From Phycisphaerales bacterium (GTDB lineage: Bacteria > Planctomycetota > Phycisphaerae > Phycisphaerales > SM1A02), in the NCBI GenBank assembly GCA_020345805.1, contig CP070772.1, positions 3,090,365-3,154,364 of the forward strand: DNA of 64,000 nucleotides, given 5' to 3'. A program made the position numbers and the translations under genes. Position 1 is the stretch's first letter. Each line of letters begins with the position of its first letter. The notes under the pieces were generated by a model that did no database searches, was not told the origin of the DNA, and saw only the letters and a list, made by a program, of their open reading frames with translations. Of the stretch, positions 37,326 through 45,842 are shown piece by piece.

Positions 37326-39513
37326 AACCGCACGCGTTCTGATCGCTGTCGCAATCGTGTTTGCGGTGATGTCGGCCATCTCGGCGGTCGGGCAGGTGCT
37401 GGATCTTGCCCCCGCCGCGCAACCGCCCGAGCTGGACGAGAACACGTACGCCAACAAGCTGGTCGCCGCTCTGCACGAGGAGTTGCAGGCGCTGGTCGAA
37501 GAGGAACGGGCGGCGGAGGAGGTGAAGCGGCCGGTCTATCGGGCGATGATCAACTTTCGCATCATCGCCGCGGAACTGCTGGCCGCGGGCGAGGAGGCCG
37601 GCCCGGACGGCAGCGGCGCGTACATCATCGGCGTGCGACTCTGTCACGCATGTGACGAGCTGGACGGGGCACTGAGGCAGTTGCTGTCGATGATTGATGT
37701 GTATGCGAGCGATCCGTCAACCGTGGAAGAGGCGGAGGAAGATCGGGTCAACCGTGCCTGGAAGGCGGTCCGGCGCTTCGACCAGCTTGCGATCGACCGG
37801 GCAGAGGATGTGCGCACGGCCAACGTTAAGGCGCTGGATGAAAGTCTGACGGCAATTTTCGCCCCGCTGGCCGAAGCGATAAGTGTGATCACGGACGAGG
37901 AGATCGTCAGTCACTGGCCGTCGCGAACCGCAGCCCGGGCGACGTCGGCCTCCACCGGCGGGGGGCCGATGCCTCCGACCCGCCCCAGGCAGTCGCCTCA
38001 GCAGTTGCTGAACCGACTTGAGCAGACAGTGCTTGATGACGAAGCCTTGGGCGGTTTCAGCGCGATCATCTCGATGCTGAATCGTGCGGAGGCGTATCCT
38101 GATCTACGCCCGCAGGTCGATGCGATGTGCCATCTGCTGGCTCGCGGGCTGGATCTGGCCGATGCGCTGTCACGAGCTCACTGGCTGGATGATGAGCAGA
38201 ATCAGCGCTATGGGCACTTGCTGAGCAACGCGGTGACGCTCCTGGCCGACCCGGAAAACCGCCCGAACGGGCAGGAAACACTGGAGCGGCTCGATCTTTC
38301 CCGCCTCATTGTCGAACGTGTATCGGCCTTGCCGGGCGATCGTGATGCGCAGGCGGTATTCGGCGCGGCGCTACTGGTTTTCGATGCCGGTCTCGATAAT
38401 GAGCAGAGAAGCGAGGATGCGACAGTCCCGCAGCGCATGAGCAGACTCCGGCAGGTGCTGGATCGGATGATCGCCTACCGTGAAGCCCGCGAGCCTGACC
38501 TGCCACGCGATCTGCGGGTCGTGCACCGTGATCTTCAGGAGGCCTACGAGAGTTCCGAGCGGGCATTGCTGGCTGGTATCGAAACTCTTGCCCGCGATCC
38601 GCGGGCGCTTTCCGATCCGGCGTTCGTCACCCTGCTGGCCGATCAGGAGGAGTTTCTCGAAGCCCTGCTGTGCACGCGTCGTATGCCGATCTGGGAGCAG
38701 AAGATCGGTCTGATCGATCCGAATTCCGCCGAGCCGTTTTCGGCGCGCATGCGCCGGATCGCCGGGCAGGTGGTGGATCCGAATCGCCGGCCGGAATCGG
38801 TGCGGATCCTGACAGAGTTTGACCGGCAGATGAGTCAGGTATATCCGCTGCCGTTCGAGGCGGGGTTGAAGGCGGCATCGCCGGAGGCGGTTGAGGCCAC
38901 GGGCGGTCTGCATCGCAGGCTGCTTTCGGAGATCGAGAAGCAGCGCCGTGTCTGGGCGGAGGAGTGGGCCGGGGCCGACCCCGATCGGGCGGCGATCGAT
39001 CGCATGATGCTGCTGTACCGGCTGATGTCCACCATGGCCGACACCGTCGAAGCCCAGCGCTTAGGGAACGAAGGCGGTCGCGTGTTGAACCGGTGGGGGG
39101 GGTGGGAGCTTGGACCATCGACACTTGCCCGGACCATGAACGACGTCCCCACCCGACTGAAGCTGGCGACGGGAGCAGTGCTGGAGGGAGATGACCTGGG
39201 ATTGAAGCGCCAGCTCGATCGACTGGATCTCGATTCGCCACTCGCTCGTCTGATCGGCCGGCTCAACCTCATCATCGGCCCGGCGATGCGGGACCTTCCC
39301 GATGGCGCCCCCGGAATAGTCGGCCAGATAACGCGGTCGCCCACGGCTGATGCCTGGATGATTCATCGCAGGGAGGAGTTTGCATCACTCTGCCGGTACG
39401 CACTGGAGCAGGATCACGCCCGGAATGACGGCGACGCCGAGCTTGCGGGGAGGATCGGCGAATACGTGAATCATCTGGCGGAACAGTTGCTAACGGATCT
39501 CCAAGATCGATAA
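37294..39513 (+). CDS. orphan all-helical membrane-anchored protein (about 739 aa)
   Basis: N-terminal anchor ARVLIAVAIVFAVMSAISAV. Coding-like composition throughout, but I recognise no motif. The start overlaps the GT4 3' end by about 32 nt; the exact start is uncertain. Confidence 0.55.
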   Translation: MRPSSDVTSNRTARVLIAVAIVFAVMSAISAVGQVLDLAPAAQPPELDENTYANKLVAALHEELQALVEEERAAEEVKRPVYRAMINFRIIAAELLAAGEEAGPDGSGAYIIGVRLCHACDELDGALRQLLSMIDVYASDPSTVEEAEEDRVNRAWKAVRRFDQLAIDRAEDVRTANVKALDESLTAIFAPLAEAISVITDEEIVSHWPSRTAARATSASTGGGPMPPTRPRQSPQQLLNRLEQTVLDDEALGGFSAIISMLNRAEAYPDLRPQVDAMCHLLARGLDLADALSRAHWLDDEQNQRYGHLLSNAVTLLADPENRPNGQETLERLDLSRLIVERVSALPGDRDAQAVFGAALLVFDAGLDNEQRSEDATVPQRMSRLRQVLDRMIAYREAREPDLPRDLRVVHRDLQEAYESSERALLAGIETLARDPRALSDPAFVTLLADQEEFLEALLCTRRMPIWEQKIGLIDPNSAEPFSARMRRIAGQVVDPNRRPESVRILTEFDRQMSQVYPLPFEAGLKAASPEAVEATGGLHRRLLSEIEKQRRVWAEEWAGADPDRAAIDRMMLLYRLMSTMADTVEAQRLGNEGGRVLNRWGGWELGPSTLARTMNDVPTRLKLATGAVLEGDDLGLKRQLDRLDLDSPLARLIGRLNLIIGPAMRDLPDGAPGIVGQITRSPTADAWMIHRREEFASLCRYALEQDHARNDGDAELAGRIGEYVNHLAEQLLTDLQDR

Positions 39514-39575
39514 TCAACCCTGAGTATCGTCCTTCATCTCACCCCTCACTACTCATCACTCATCACTTCTCCTCC

Positions 39576-40253
39576 ATGAACATACTCGTAGTCGGCCCAC
39601 ATCCAGATGATCAGGAACTCGGCATGGGCGGCTCCATTGCCAGGTTCGCTGAGCAGGGGCACAACGTTTTACTGCTGGACATGACCAACGGCGAACCCAC
39701 GCCGCATGGAAATCCCGACACGCGCGCCAAAGAAGCCGCCCGTGCCGCGGAAATCCTGGGCGTGAAGCGCACATGCATCGACTTTCCCAATCGCTTCGTC
39801 GAGCACACGATCGAAGCGCGGCACAAGGTGGCGGGCGTGATCCGCGAGCATCAGGCCGAGATCGTCTTTGCGCCGTACTTTGAAGACGCGCATCCGGACC
39901 ACGTCGCGACGACAAAGATTGTCGAGGATGCGCGGTTCGATTCGAAGCTGACGAAAATCGACCTGCCCGGCGAACCGGCCTATCCACGCTGGCTGTTCTA
40001 CTACTACTGCACGCACCTACGTCACGTGGCGAACCCGAGCTTTCTCCTTGACATCAGCGGTTACGAGCAGCGCAAGCACGATTCGATTGTCGCCTACAAA
40101 ACGCAGTTCGTGGTTCCCGAGAAGAACCGCAAGGTGGTGGAGTGGATCGACGCGGCAAACCGTTACTTCGGCAGCCGCATTGGGGTGCAGTCGGCCGAGC
40201 CGTTCTTCACCAGGGAGCCGGTGGGGTTGAGCGGGTTGGAGAGTCTGACTTGA
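39576..40253 (+). CDS. LmbE/PIG-L family N-acetylglucosaminyl deacetylase (BshB1/MshB-like)
   Basis: ILVVGPHPDDQELGMGGSIA...LLDMTNGE...HPDH zinc-site pattern. Confidence 0.8.
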   Translation: MNILVVGPHPDDQELGMGGSIARFAEQGHNVLLLDMTNGEPTPHGNPDTRAKEAARAAEILGVKRTCIDFPNRFVEHTIEARHKVAGVIREHQAEIVFAPYFEDAHPDHVATTKIVEDARFDSKLTKIDLPGEPAYPRWLFYYYCTHLRHVANPSFLLDISGYEQRKHDSIVAYKTQFVVPEKNRKVVEWIDAANRYFGSRIGVQSAEPFFTREPVGLSGLESLT

Positions 40254-40801
40254 ACATCCGCCTCGCCACGATTGACGATGTTCCGGCCATTCTCGCCCTC
40301 AGCAACCATCACGTGCTGCACTCGGCGGCGAATTTCGCGATCGAGCCGGAGTCGCTGGAGGCGTGGCGGGAGGACTTCAACGAGACACACGAGATGTATC
40401 CGTGGTTTGTGGCCGCTCCGGAAGACGGGGGAGACGAGAGTATCCTCGGTTTTGCCAAGGCTTCGCCCTGGAAGGGGCGGTGCGCTTATGCGTACTCGGC
40501 GGAGATCACCGTCTATGTACACCCCGATCATCATCGCAAGGGCATAGGCAGGGCGCTATACGCGAAACTGCTCGAGACGATGAAGGCCCAGGGCTACCAG
40601 ACGGTCCTCGGCGGGATCGCCCTGCCCAACGATGCCAGCGTTGCCCTGCACGAGTCCTTCGGCCTGACCTGCTCCGGCGTACTCAAGCGCGTGGGCTGGA
40701 AGTTCGGCAAGTGGCACGATGTCGGCTACTGGCAGGGCGTCCTGAACGAAGGCGACGCCGCGCCGGCCGCCATCCGACCGGTGAGTGAAGTGACCGGCTG
40801 A
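40250..40801 (+). CDS. GNAT family N-acetyltransferase (phosphinothricin-acetyltransferase-like size)
   Basis: The in-frame TTG at 40250 overlaps the upstream TGA (TTGA). IRLATIDDVPAILAL...HHRKGIGRALYAKLL is the acetyl-CoA motif. Confidence 0.8.
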   Translation: MNIRLATIDDVPAILALSNHHVLHSAANFAIEPESLEAWREDFNETHEMYPWFVAAPEDGGDESILGFAKASPWKGRCAYAYSAEITVYVHPDHHRKGIGRALYAKLLETMKAQGYQTVLGGIALPNDASVALHESFGLTCSGVLKRVGWKFGKWHDVGYWQGVLNEGDAAPAAIRPVSEVTG

Positions 40802-41012
40802 ACGTCCAATCGGTCCGTCCGGAGTCCTGATCACGGCGAACACCTCCCCGGTGGCCGGAGGTCTTCAGCAATGCCGTTCTGAACGATCCAGCGGTAAGTC
40901 CCGCTCCTCCAAGAGGAAAGCGCCAAGGGTACGGGGCGGATCTGCTCCGGGCACTGCGAAACGGGGATTTCCTGGTCGGCCGCGTCGAGTGACCGGTTAG
41001 AATCTATCTGCG

Positions 41013-41618
41013 ATGACTCAGCGCCGCTTTCATTACGAGCAGGCCTTCGAGCATTATCTTCGGGCCAACCGCATTCCGTACGTGGCGGTGGACGAGGCGA
41101 AGAAGGCTCTTTTGCCGGCCGGCTCGGGATCGGCGGTTGGGGAGGCGGCCGATGCGCGAAAGGCAAACGCAGGAGGGGCGATCAAGTCGTTTGACTTCGT
41201 GGTTTACGCCGAATCGCGGAACCTCCTGGTGGATGTGAAAGGGCGGATGTTCGGATCGGCCGCAGGCCGGTCTTCGCTCTCGAACCGCCGCTTCGAAAGT
41301 TGGGTGACCCTGGAGGACATCGAGGGCCTTCAGCGTTGGCAGGAGCTCTTTGGCGGCGATTTCGAGGCGATCTTCGTGTTCGCCTACTGTTTGCGCCAGC
41401 AGCCGCCGGACGCCCTGTTTGAATCCGTTCTGAGCCACGGAGGTCGGTGGTATGCCCTGAGGGAGATCGCGCTGGCGAGCTACCGCCGTCACATGGTGCG
41501 TCGCTCGGAAAAGTGGGGCACCGTGCACATCCCCGCAAAGGTGTATCACCGGATCAGCCGGCCTTTCCTGATTCATCCGCCCGCGGCTTGCGACAGCCCG
41601 GAGGGGGCCATATGCTGA
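41013..41618 (+). CDS. HYExAFE-motif protein (PD-(D/E)xK nuclease-like fold suspected)
   Basis: The N-terminal FHYEQAFEHYLRANRIPYVAVDE matches the family-naming motif. FDFVVY....LLVDVKGR resembles a D..(D/E)xK core. Confidence 0.65.
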   Translation: MTQRRFHYEQAFEHYLRANRIPYVAVDEAKKALLPAGSGSAVGEAADARKANAGGAIKSFDFVVYAESRNLLVDVKGRMFGSAAGRSSLSNRRFESWVTLEDIEGLQRWQELFGGDFEAIFVFAYCLRQQPPDALFESVLSHGGRWYALREIALASYRRHMVRRSEKWGTVHIPAKVYHRISRPFLIHPPAACDSPEGAIC

Positions 41619-41842
41619 GTTCCATGCGTGACTTGAGGACAATGACGAGCCGCCTGGGAGCGGCGATGGCGGGGGGGGCGGCGTACCTGTGGCCGGCCTT
41701 GGCGGCGGCTCAGACCGCCCCGGATCCGCCGACGCTGAGAAGCACCGCCCCCGTATGGATCGGCATGCTGCTGATTGCCGCCCTTCTCATCGTGGTGATG
41801 GTCGTGTCCATCATGCCCTCCAAGCGTGGCCATCAGGACTAG
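41612..41842 (+). CDS. small secreted/membrane protein (76 aa)
   Basis: The ATG overlaps the stop of the upstream gene (7-nt overlap). Signal-like AAYLWPALAAAQT, then TM WIGMLLIAALLIVVMVVSIM. Confidence 0.4.
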   Translation: MLSSMRDLRTMTSRLGAAMAGGAAYLWPALAAAQTAPDPPTLRSTAPVWIGMLLIAALLIVVMVVSIMPSKRGHQD

Positions 41843-41915
41843 ATGACTAGATGATGGGATCGGGGGAATATGCTCCGCCCACACCGGCCGGCCCCGCCCG
41901 TCCGGCCGTTCTGAC

Positions 41916-42251
41916 ATGAGGAACAACATTATGCACCGGAAAGAAACCAAACGCATGGCCGGGAACAACCCGCCAGGCCATCTGCGGGGGCTCTTGGCTC
42001 TGAACGGAGCTTTGCTGGCGATCCTCGGCGCGGTGACCTTCGGCGCGACCGCCGACGCCCAACTCCGCGGCCGGGGCGAGTACACGATGGTTGCCGGCAA
42101 CGTGAAGGGCGCGAACGCCGCGGCCGTCTTCATCGTGGACAGCGTCAACCAGGAAATGGTCGTCGTGGCCTACAACCCTCAGACCAAGGGCCTTGACGGT
42201 GTGGGCTATGCGAACCTGGCCCAGGACGCCCTCAGGACCAGCGGCCGCTGA
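41916..42251 (+). CDS. small exported protein, paralog A
   Basis: Signal/anchor LLALNGALLAILGAVTFGATADA. Core GEYTMVAG...VFIVDSVNQEMVVVAY is shared with the next ORF. Confidence 0.5.
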   Translation: MRNNIMHRKETKRMAGNNPPGHLRGLLALNGALLAILGAVTFGATADAQLRGRGEYTMVAGNVKGANAAAVFIVDSVNQEMVVVAYNPQTKGLDGVGYANLAQDALRTSGR

Positions 42252-42270
42252 TTCCACAGGAGTGCTGACC

Positions 42271-42594
42271 ATGCGACGCTTACAGAATATCGATTCCTCG
42301 GCCGCCGCCCTGTGGGCTTCCGCGTTCGTGATTGCGGCCCTGATCATCGTCCAGGCAGGCCGCCTGCCCGGCAATCAGGCGCATGCGGAGATGGCCACGG
42401 GCAACGGCACCTACACGCTGCTCACCGCCGATGCCGGCACCGGAGGGGATGAACGCCCCGACGAGCTGTTGTACGTCATCGACAGCCGGGACCAGACGCT
42501 CCTGGTCTACGAGATTGAGGATGCCCGGCAGAAGCGGGTGATTCTCCGCGGGGGCGGCAATCTCCGGAGCCTGCTCAACGCCGCACGACCGTAA
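42271..42594 (+). CDS. small exported protein, paralog B
   Basis: CAGGAG before ATG 42271. Anchor ALWASAFVIAALIIV. Core GTYTLLTA...LYVIDSRDQTLLVYEI parallels paralog A. Confidence 0.5.
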   Translation: MRRLQNIDSSAAALWASAFVIAALIIVQAGRLPGNQAHAEMATGNGTYTLLTADAGTGGDERPDELLYVIDSRDQTLLVYEIEDARQKRVILRGGGNLRSLLNAARP

Positions 42595-42748
42595 ACAGGG
42601 CCAGCAACGGAGATATCGGCTGTGCATCGCCACCAGGATCGATCCGGCAATCGTTCGGTTGCCGGGTTTTTCTATCTGCGGCCGACGGCGTTGGCCGAAG
42701 TCCATCAGACGGGGATAACGGTTCGATTCCCTGAAAGGACTCACCGGC

Positions 42749-44701
42749 ATGGACCCAGGCACCATCCAGATCGCCGATCCGGTTCGGGCCGAGTCCGGTG
42801 AATGGCTTCTCACCAATGGAATCGGCGGCTTTGCCATGGGGTCGGCAGCCGGCATCAACCGGAGGCGCTATCACGGCCTTCTTGTCGCGGCGGCCCGACC
42901 GCCGGTTGGACGCATCCTTGCCCTGCACAGCCTGATTGACCATCTGGTGATCGGCGAGCAGACGATCGCCCTGACCGCCCACGAGTTTGATACCGACCCC
43001 CAGCGTCACCCGGCCGACGCCCTGCTGCCTGCCCGCTTTCAGGGGACGCCGCCCGGCGAAGCGCGGTGCCTCTGGAAGACGGGGAGAATCGAGATTGCCA
43101 GAACCCTCACTCTCAGCCGCGGCCGGAATCTTGCCACCGTCGAGTACGAACTGACGGGACCGGCGAAGACCGCCGCGCTGCGGGCCCGGCCCCTCACACC
43201 CATGCGGGATTTCCATGACCTGGAATCCTCCCGCAATCCGCCCCCGGAAGTCGAGTTGTCGGATGCAAAGACGCTGCTGGTGATGCGAGGCGATCTGACT
43301 CTGCGCGTGACCGCTTCGCGGGGCAAGTGGGATGATGACGGCCAGTGGTGGTACGACTTCGCCTACACCGAGGACCGGGATCGAGGGCAGAGCTGGCATG
43401 AGGACATCTACTCGCCGGCCGTCCTGGAAGCTAAGTTCCCCCGTTCCGCTTCCGGAAGCCGGCGGCTGACTCTCCAGGTCGAGCTTGTCGAACCGAAGAT
43501 TCAACTGCGCGTTCCACCTTTGCAGACAGATGAGGGAACGACCGACGACGCCTCGCTTCGCCTGAGTCTCGCGTCGGATCAGTTCATCGTCCGGCGTCAT
43601 GTGGATGATGAATGGTGCGCTTCGATCCTCGCGGGCTACCCGTGGTTCGCCGACTGGGGACGCGACACCATGATCGCCCTGCCGGGCCTGCTCTTGTGTA
43701 CCGGCCGCGTGCAGGAGGCCCGCACTGCGCTTCTGGCTTTCGCCCGCCACGTGCAGCGGGGGCTCATTCCCAACTGCTTCGACGACTATGGGACAGCCGC
43801 CCACTACAACAGCGTCGATGCGGCGCTGTGGTTCGTCCATGCCGTGCACGCCTACCACGAGACGGCAGCCGGGAAGGGCATGGGCATCCTGCTGGAGGCC
43901 TGCCGGCAGATCGTGGAGTCCTACCGGCACGGAACGGACTTCGGCATCCGCATGGACGAGGAGGACGGCCTGATCATCGCCGGCGATGAATCCACGCAAC
44001 TGACCTGGATGGACGCCAAGCGCGACAACATCGCCTTCACGCCCCGGTTCGGCAAGCCGGTGGAGATCAACGCCCTCTGGCACAACGCCCTGCTGGCCCT
44101 GGCCAAGATGACCCGCCAGCCCGCAGAGCAGAACGACCTGCTTCGCCTTGCCGAGCAGGTGGCGGATGCCTTTAGCACACAGTTCTGGTGGCCGGCGAGA
44201 TCGTGTTTGCACGATGTAATTGCGCCGGGAGAAGGGGGTTTCGTCGGCGATTCACGTTTGCGCCCCAACCAGATCTTCGCCGTCAGCCTGCCCCATTCGC
44301 CGCTTTCGCCTCAGCAGCAGAAGTCGGTGGTGGAAGCGGTGCGCGAGCATCTGCTTACGCCCTTCGGTCTGCGCACACTTGAGCCGGGCGATCCTCAGTA
44401 CCGGCCCCGGTATGAGGGCGACATGTTCCAGCGCGACTCGGCTTATCACCAGGGGACGGTCTGGCCGTGGCTGATCGGCCCCTATTGCGAGGCGGTCCTG
44501 CGTGTCGGCGAGTTCAGCGATGCGGCGAAAGACGAAGTGCGTCAGACACTTCAGCCGTTGGTTTCGGAACTGGATCGCGGCTGCGTGGGCCAGATCGCGG
44601 AAGTCTACGACGGCGATCCCCCGCATCGACCCTCCGGCTGCCCCGCCCAGGCGTGGTCCGTGGCGGAAGTGCTGCGTGTGATCAAGCTGCTTGGAGATTG
44701 A
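42749..44701 (+). CDS. glycogen debranching enzyme (GDE N-terminal plus amylo-alpha-1,6-glucosidase domains)
   Basis: WLLTNGIGGFA...RRYHGLL, GYPWFADWGRDTMIALPGLLL, QLTWMDAK, AYHQGTVWPWLIGPY, GCPAQAWSVAE. Confidence 0.85.
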   Translation: MDPGTIQIADPVRAESGEWLLTNGIGGFAMGSAAGINRRRYHGLLVAAARPPVGRILALHSLIDHLVIGEQTIALTAHEFDTDPQRHPADALLPARFQGTPPGEARCLWKTGRIEIARTLTLSRGRNLATVEYELTGPAKTAALRARPLTPMRDFHDLESSRNPPPEVELSDAKTLLVMRGDLTLRVTASRGKWDDDGQWWYDFAYTEDRDRGQSWHEDIYSPAVLEAKFPRSASGSRRLTLQVELVEPKIQLRVPPLQTDEGTTDDASLRLSLASDQFIVRRHVDDEWCASILAGYPWFADWGRDTMIALPGLLLCTGRVQEARTALLAFARHVQRGLIPNCFDDYGTAAHYNSVDAALWFVHAVHAYHETAAGKGMGILLEACRQIVESYRHGTDFGIRMDEEDGLIIAGDESTQLTWMDAKRDNIAFTPRFGKPVEINALWHNALLALAKMTRQPAEQNDLLRLAEQVADAFSTQFWWPARSCLHDVIAPGEGGFVGDSRLRPNQIFAVSLPHSPLSPQQQKSVVEAVREHLLTPFGLRTLEPGDPQYRPRYEGDMFQRDSAYHQGTVWPWLIGPYCEAVLRVGEFSDAAKDEVRQTLQPLVSELDRGCVGQIAEVYDGDPPHRPSGCPAQAWSVAEVLRVIKLLGD

Positions 44702-44756
44702 AACGCGACGAGAATCGGATATTCAATCCGAACTCACCTCCGGATACACTGATCGC

Positions 44757-45680
44757 ATGATCGCCCGCCCCGTCGATTCCGTGATGCTTCAGCAGCGGGC
44801 CGCCGCCCTAGCGAGGCGGTCGATCAAGGGTGAGGCCAAGATGGCCGGCCTGCGCATGGCCCTGTCCATGCTCGATCTGACCACGCTGGAGGGCAAGGAC
44901 TCGCCGCAGAAGGTGAAGGCGCTTTGCCGCAAGGCTATCCGGCCTCACGACAAGCCGATTGACCCGCCGCTGCCGTCGGTCGCCGCGGTCTGCGTCTATC
45001 CGGCGATGGTGAAGATCGCTCGTGAAGCGCTGGCCGGCTCGTCCGTGAAAGTTGCATCCGTCGCCACCGCCTTCCCCAGCGGGCAGTTTCCGATGGAGGT
45101 GCGCCTGGCCGATGTTCAGCGGGCGGTCGAGGACGGGGCCGATGAGATCGACATGGTCATCAACCGCGGTGCGTTTCTGTCGGGGCACCACGACGTTGTG
45201 GCCGAGGAGATCAGGAAGGTCAAGATCGCCTGCGAGCATGCTCATCTGAAGATCATTCTGGAGGTGGGTGAGCTGGAGACCTACGACAACATCCGCCGGG
45301 CCAGCGACCTGGCGATCGAAGCCGCATCGTGCGAGCCGTTCGGTGAGGCGCTTGCCAACGGCGAGGTGTTCATCAAGACCTCGACGGGCAAGATGCAGCC
45401 CGCCGCCACGCCGCCGGCCGTGCTGGCGATGCTCGAGGCGATACGCGATCACTATCTGAAGACTGGCGTGAAGATCGGCATGAAGCCGGCCGGGGGGATA
45501 AGTACTGCGAAACAGGCCCTGCAATACCTGGTGATGGTCAAGGAGACCTTGGGCGAGCAGTGGCTCACGCCCAAGCTGTTCCGGTTCGGAGCTTCGAGCC
45601 TGGCCAACGATCTGCTCAGGCAGATTGTCAAGCAGACGACCGGCGGATACGTGGCGAAGCACGATTTCTCAGATGCGTGA
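44757..45680 (+). CDS. deoC: deoxyribose-phosphate aldolase (long form)
   Basis: LDLTTLEG, VCVYP, EIDMVIN, Schiff-base FIKTSTGK, KPAGGI. Confidence 0.85.
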   Translation: MIARPVDSVMLQQRAAALARRSIKGEAKMAGLRMALSMLDLTTLEGKDSPQKVKALCRKAIRPHDKPIDPPLPSVAAVCVYPAMVKIAREALAGSSVKVASVATAFPSGQFPMEVRLADVQRAVEDGADEIDMVINRGAFLSGHHDVVAEEIRKVKIACEHAHLKIILEVGELETYDNIRRASDLAIEAASCEPFGEALANGEVFIKTSTGKMQPAATPPAVLAMLEAIRDHYLKTGVKIGMKPAGGISTAKQALQYLVMVKETLGEQWLTPKLFRFGASSLANDLLRQIVKQTTGGYVAKHDFSDA

Positions 45681-45842
45681 GTATGTGGGGGTGGAGGTGG
45701 GGGGGTGAAACGCAGAGGACGGCGGAGAAGGGGATTGGGGGGGAAGAGTTGGCGAGAATGAGGTCATTCCGAGTCCTGACCGCCATCGAACGTGCGGGCG
45801 CGTCTGCGACCGTGCTGGTACCATTGTTGCCGGAGCGATGCC

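Noticed and set aside
42575-44212. 545-aa minus-strand ORF
   Set aside because: It is antisense to the glycogen debranching enzyme gene. The same reasoning applies to 535..2070, 18334..19251, 21226..22209, 22354..23280, 25928..27259, 29099..30055, 30119..31090, 36177..37229, 44808..45662, 45864..46745, 48317..49588 and similar ORFs.
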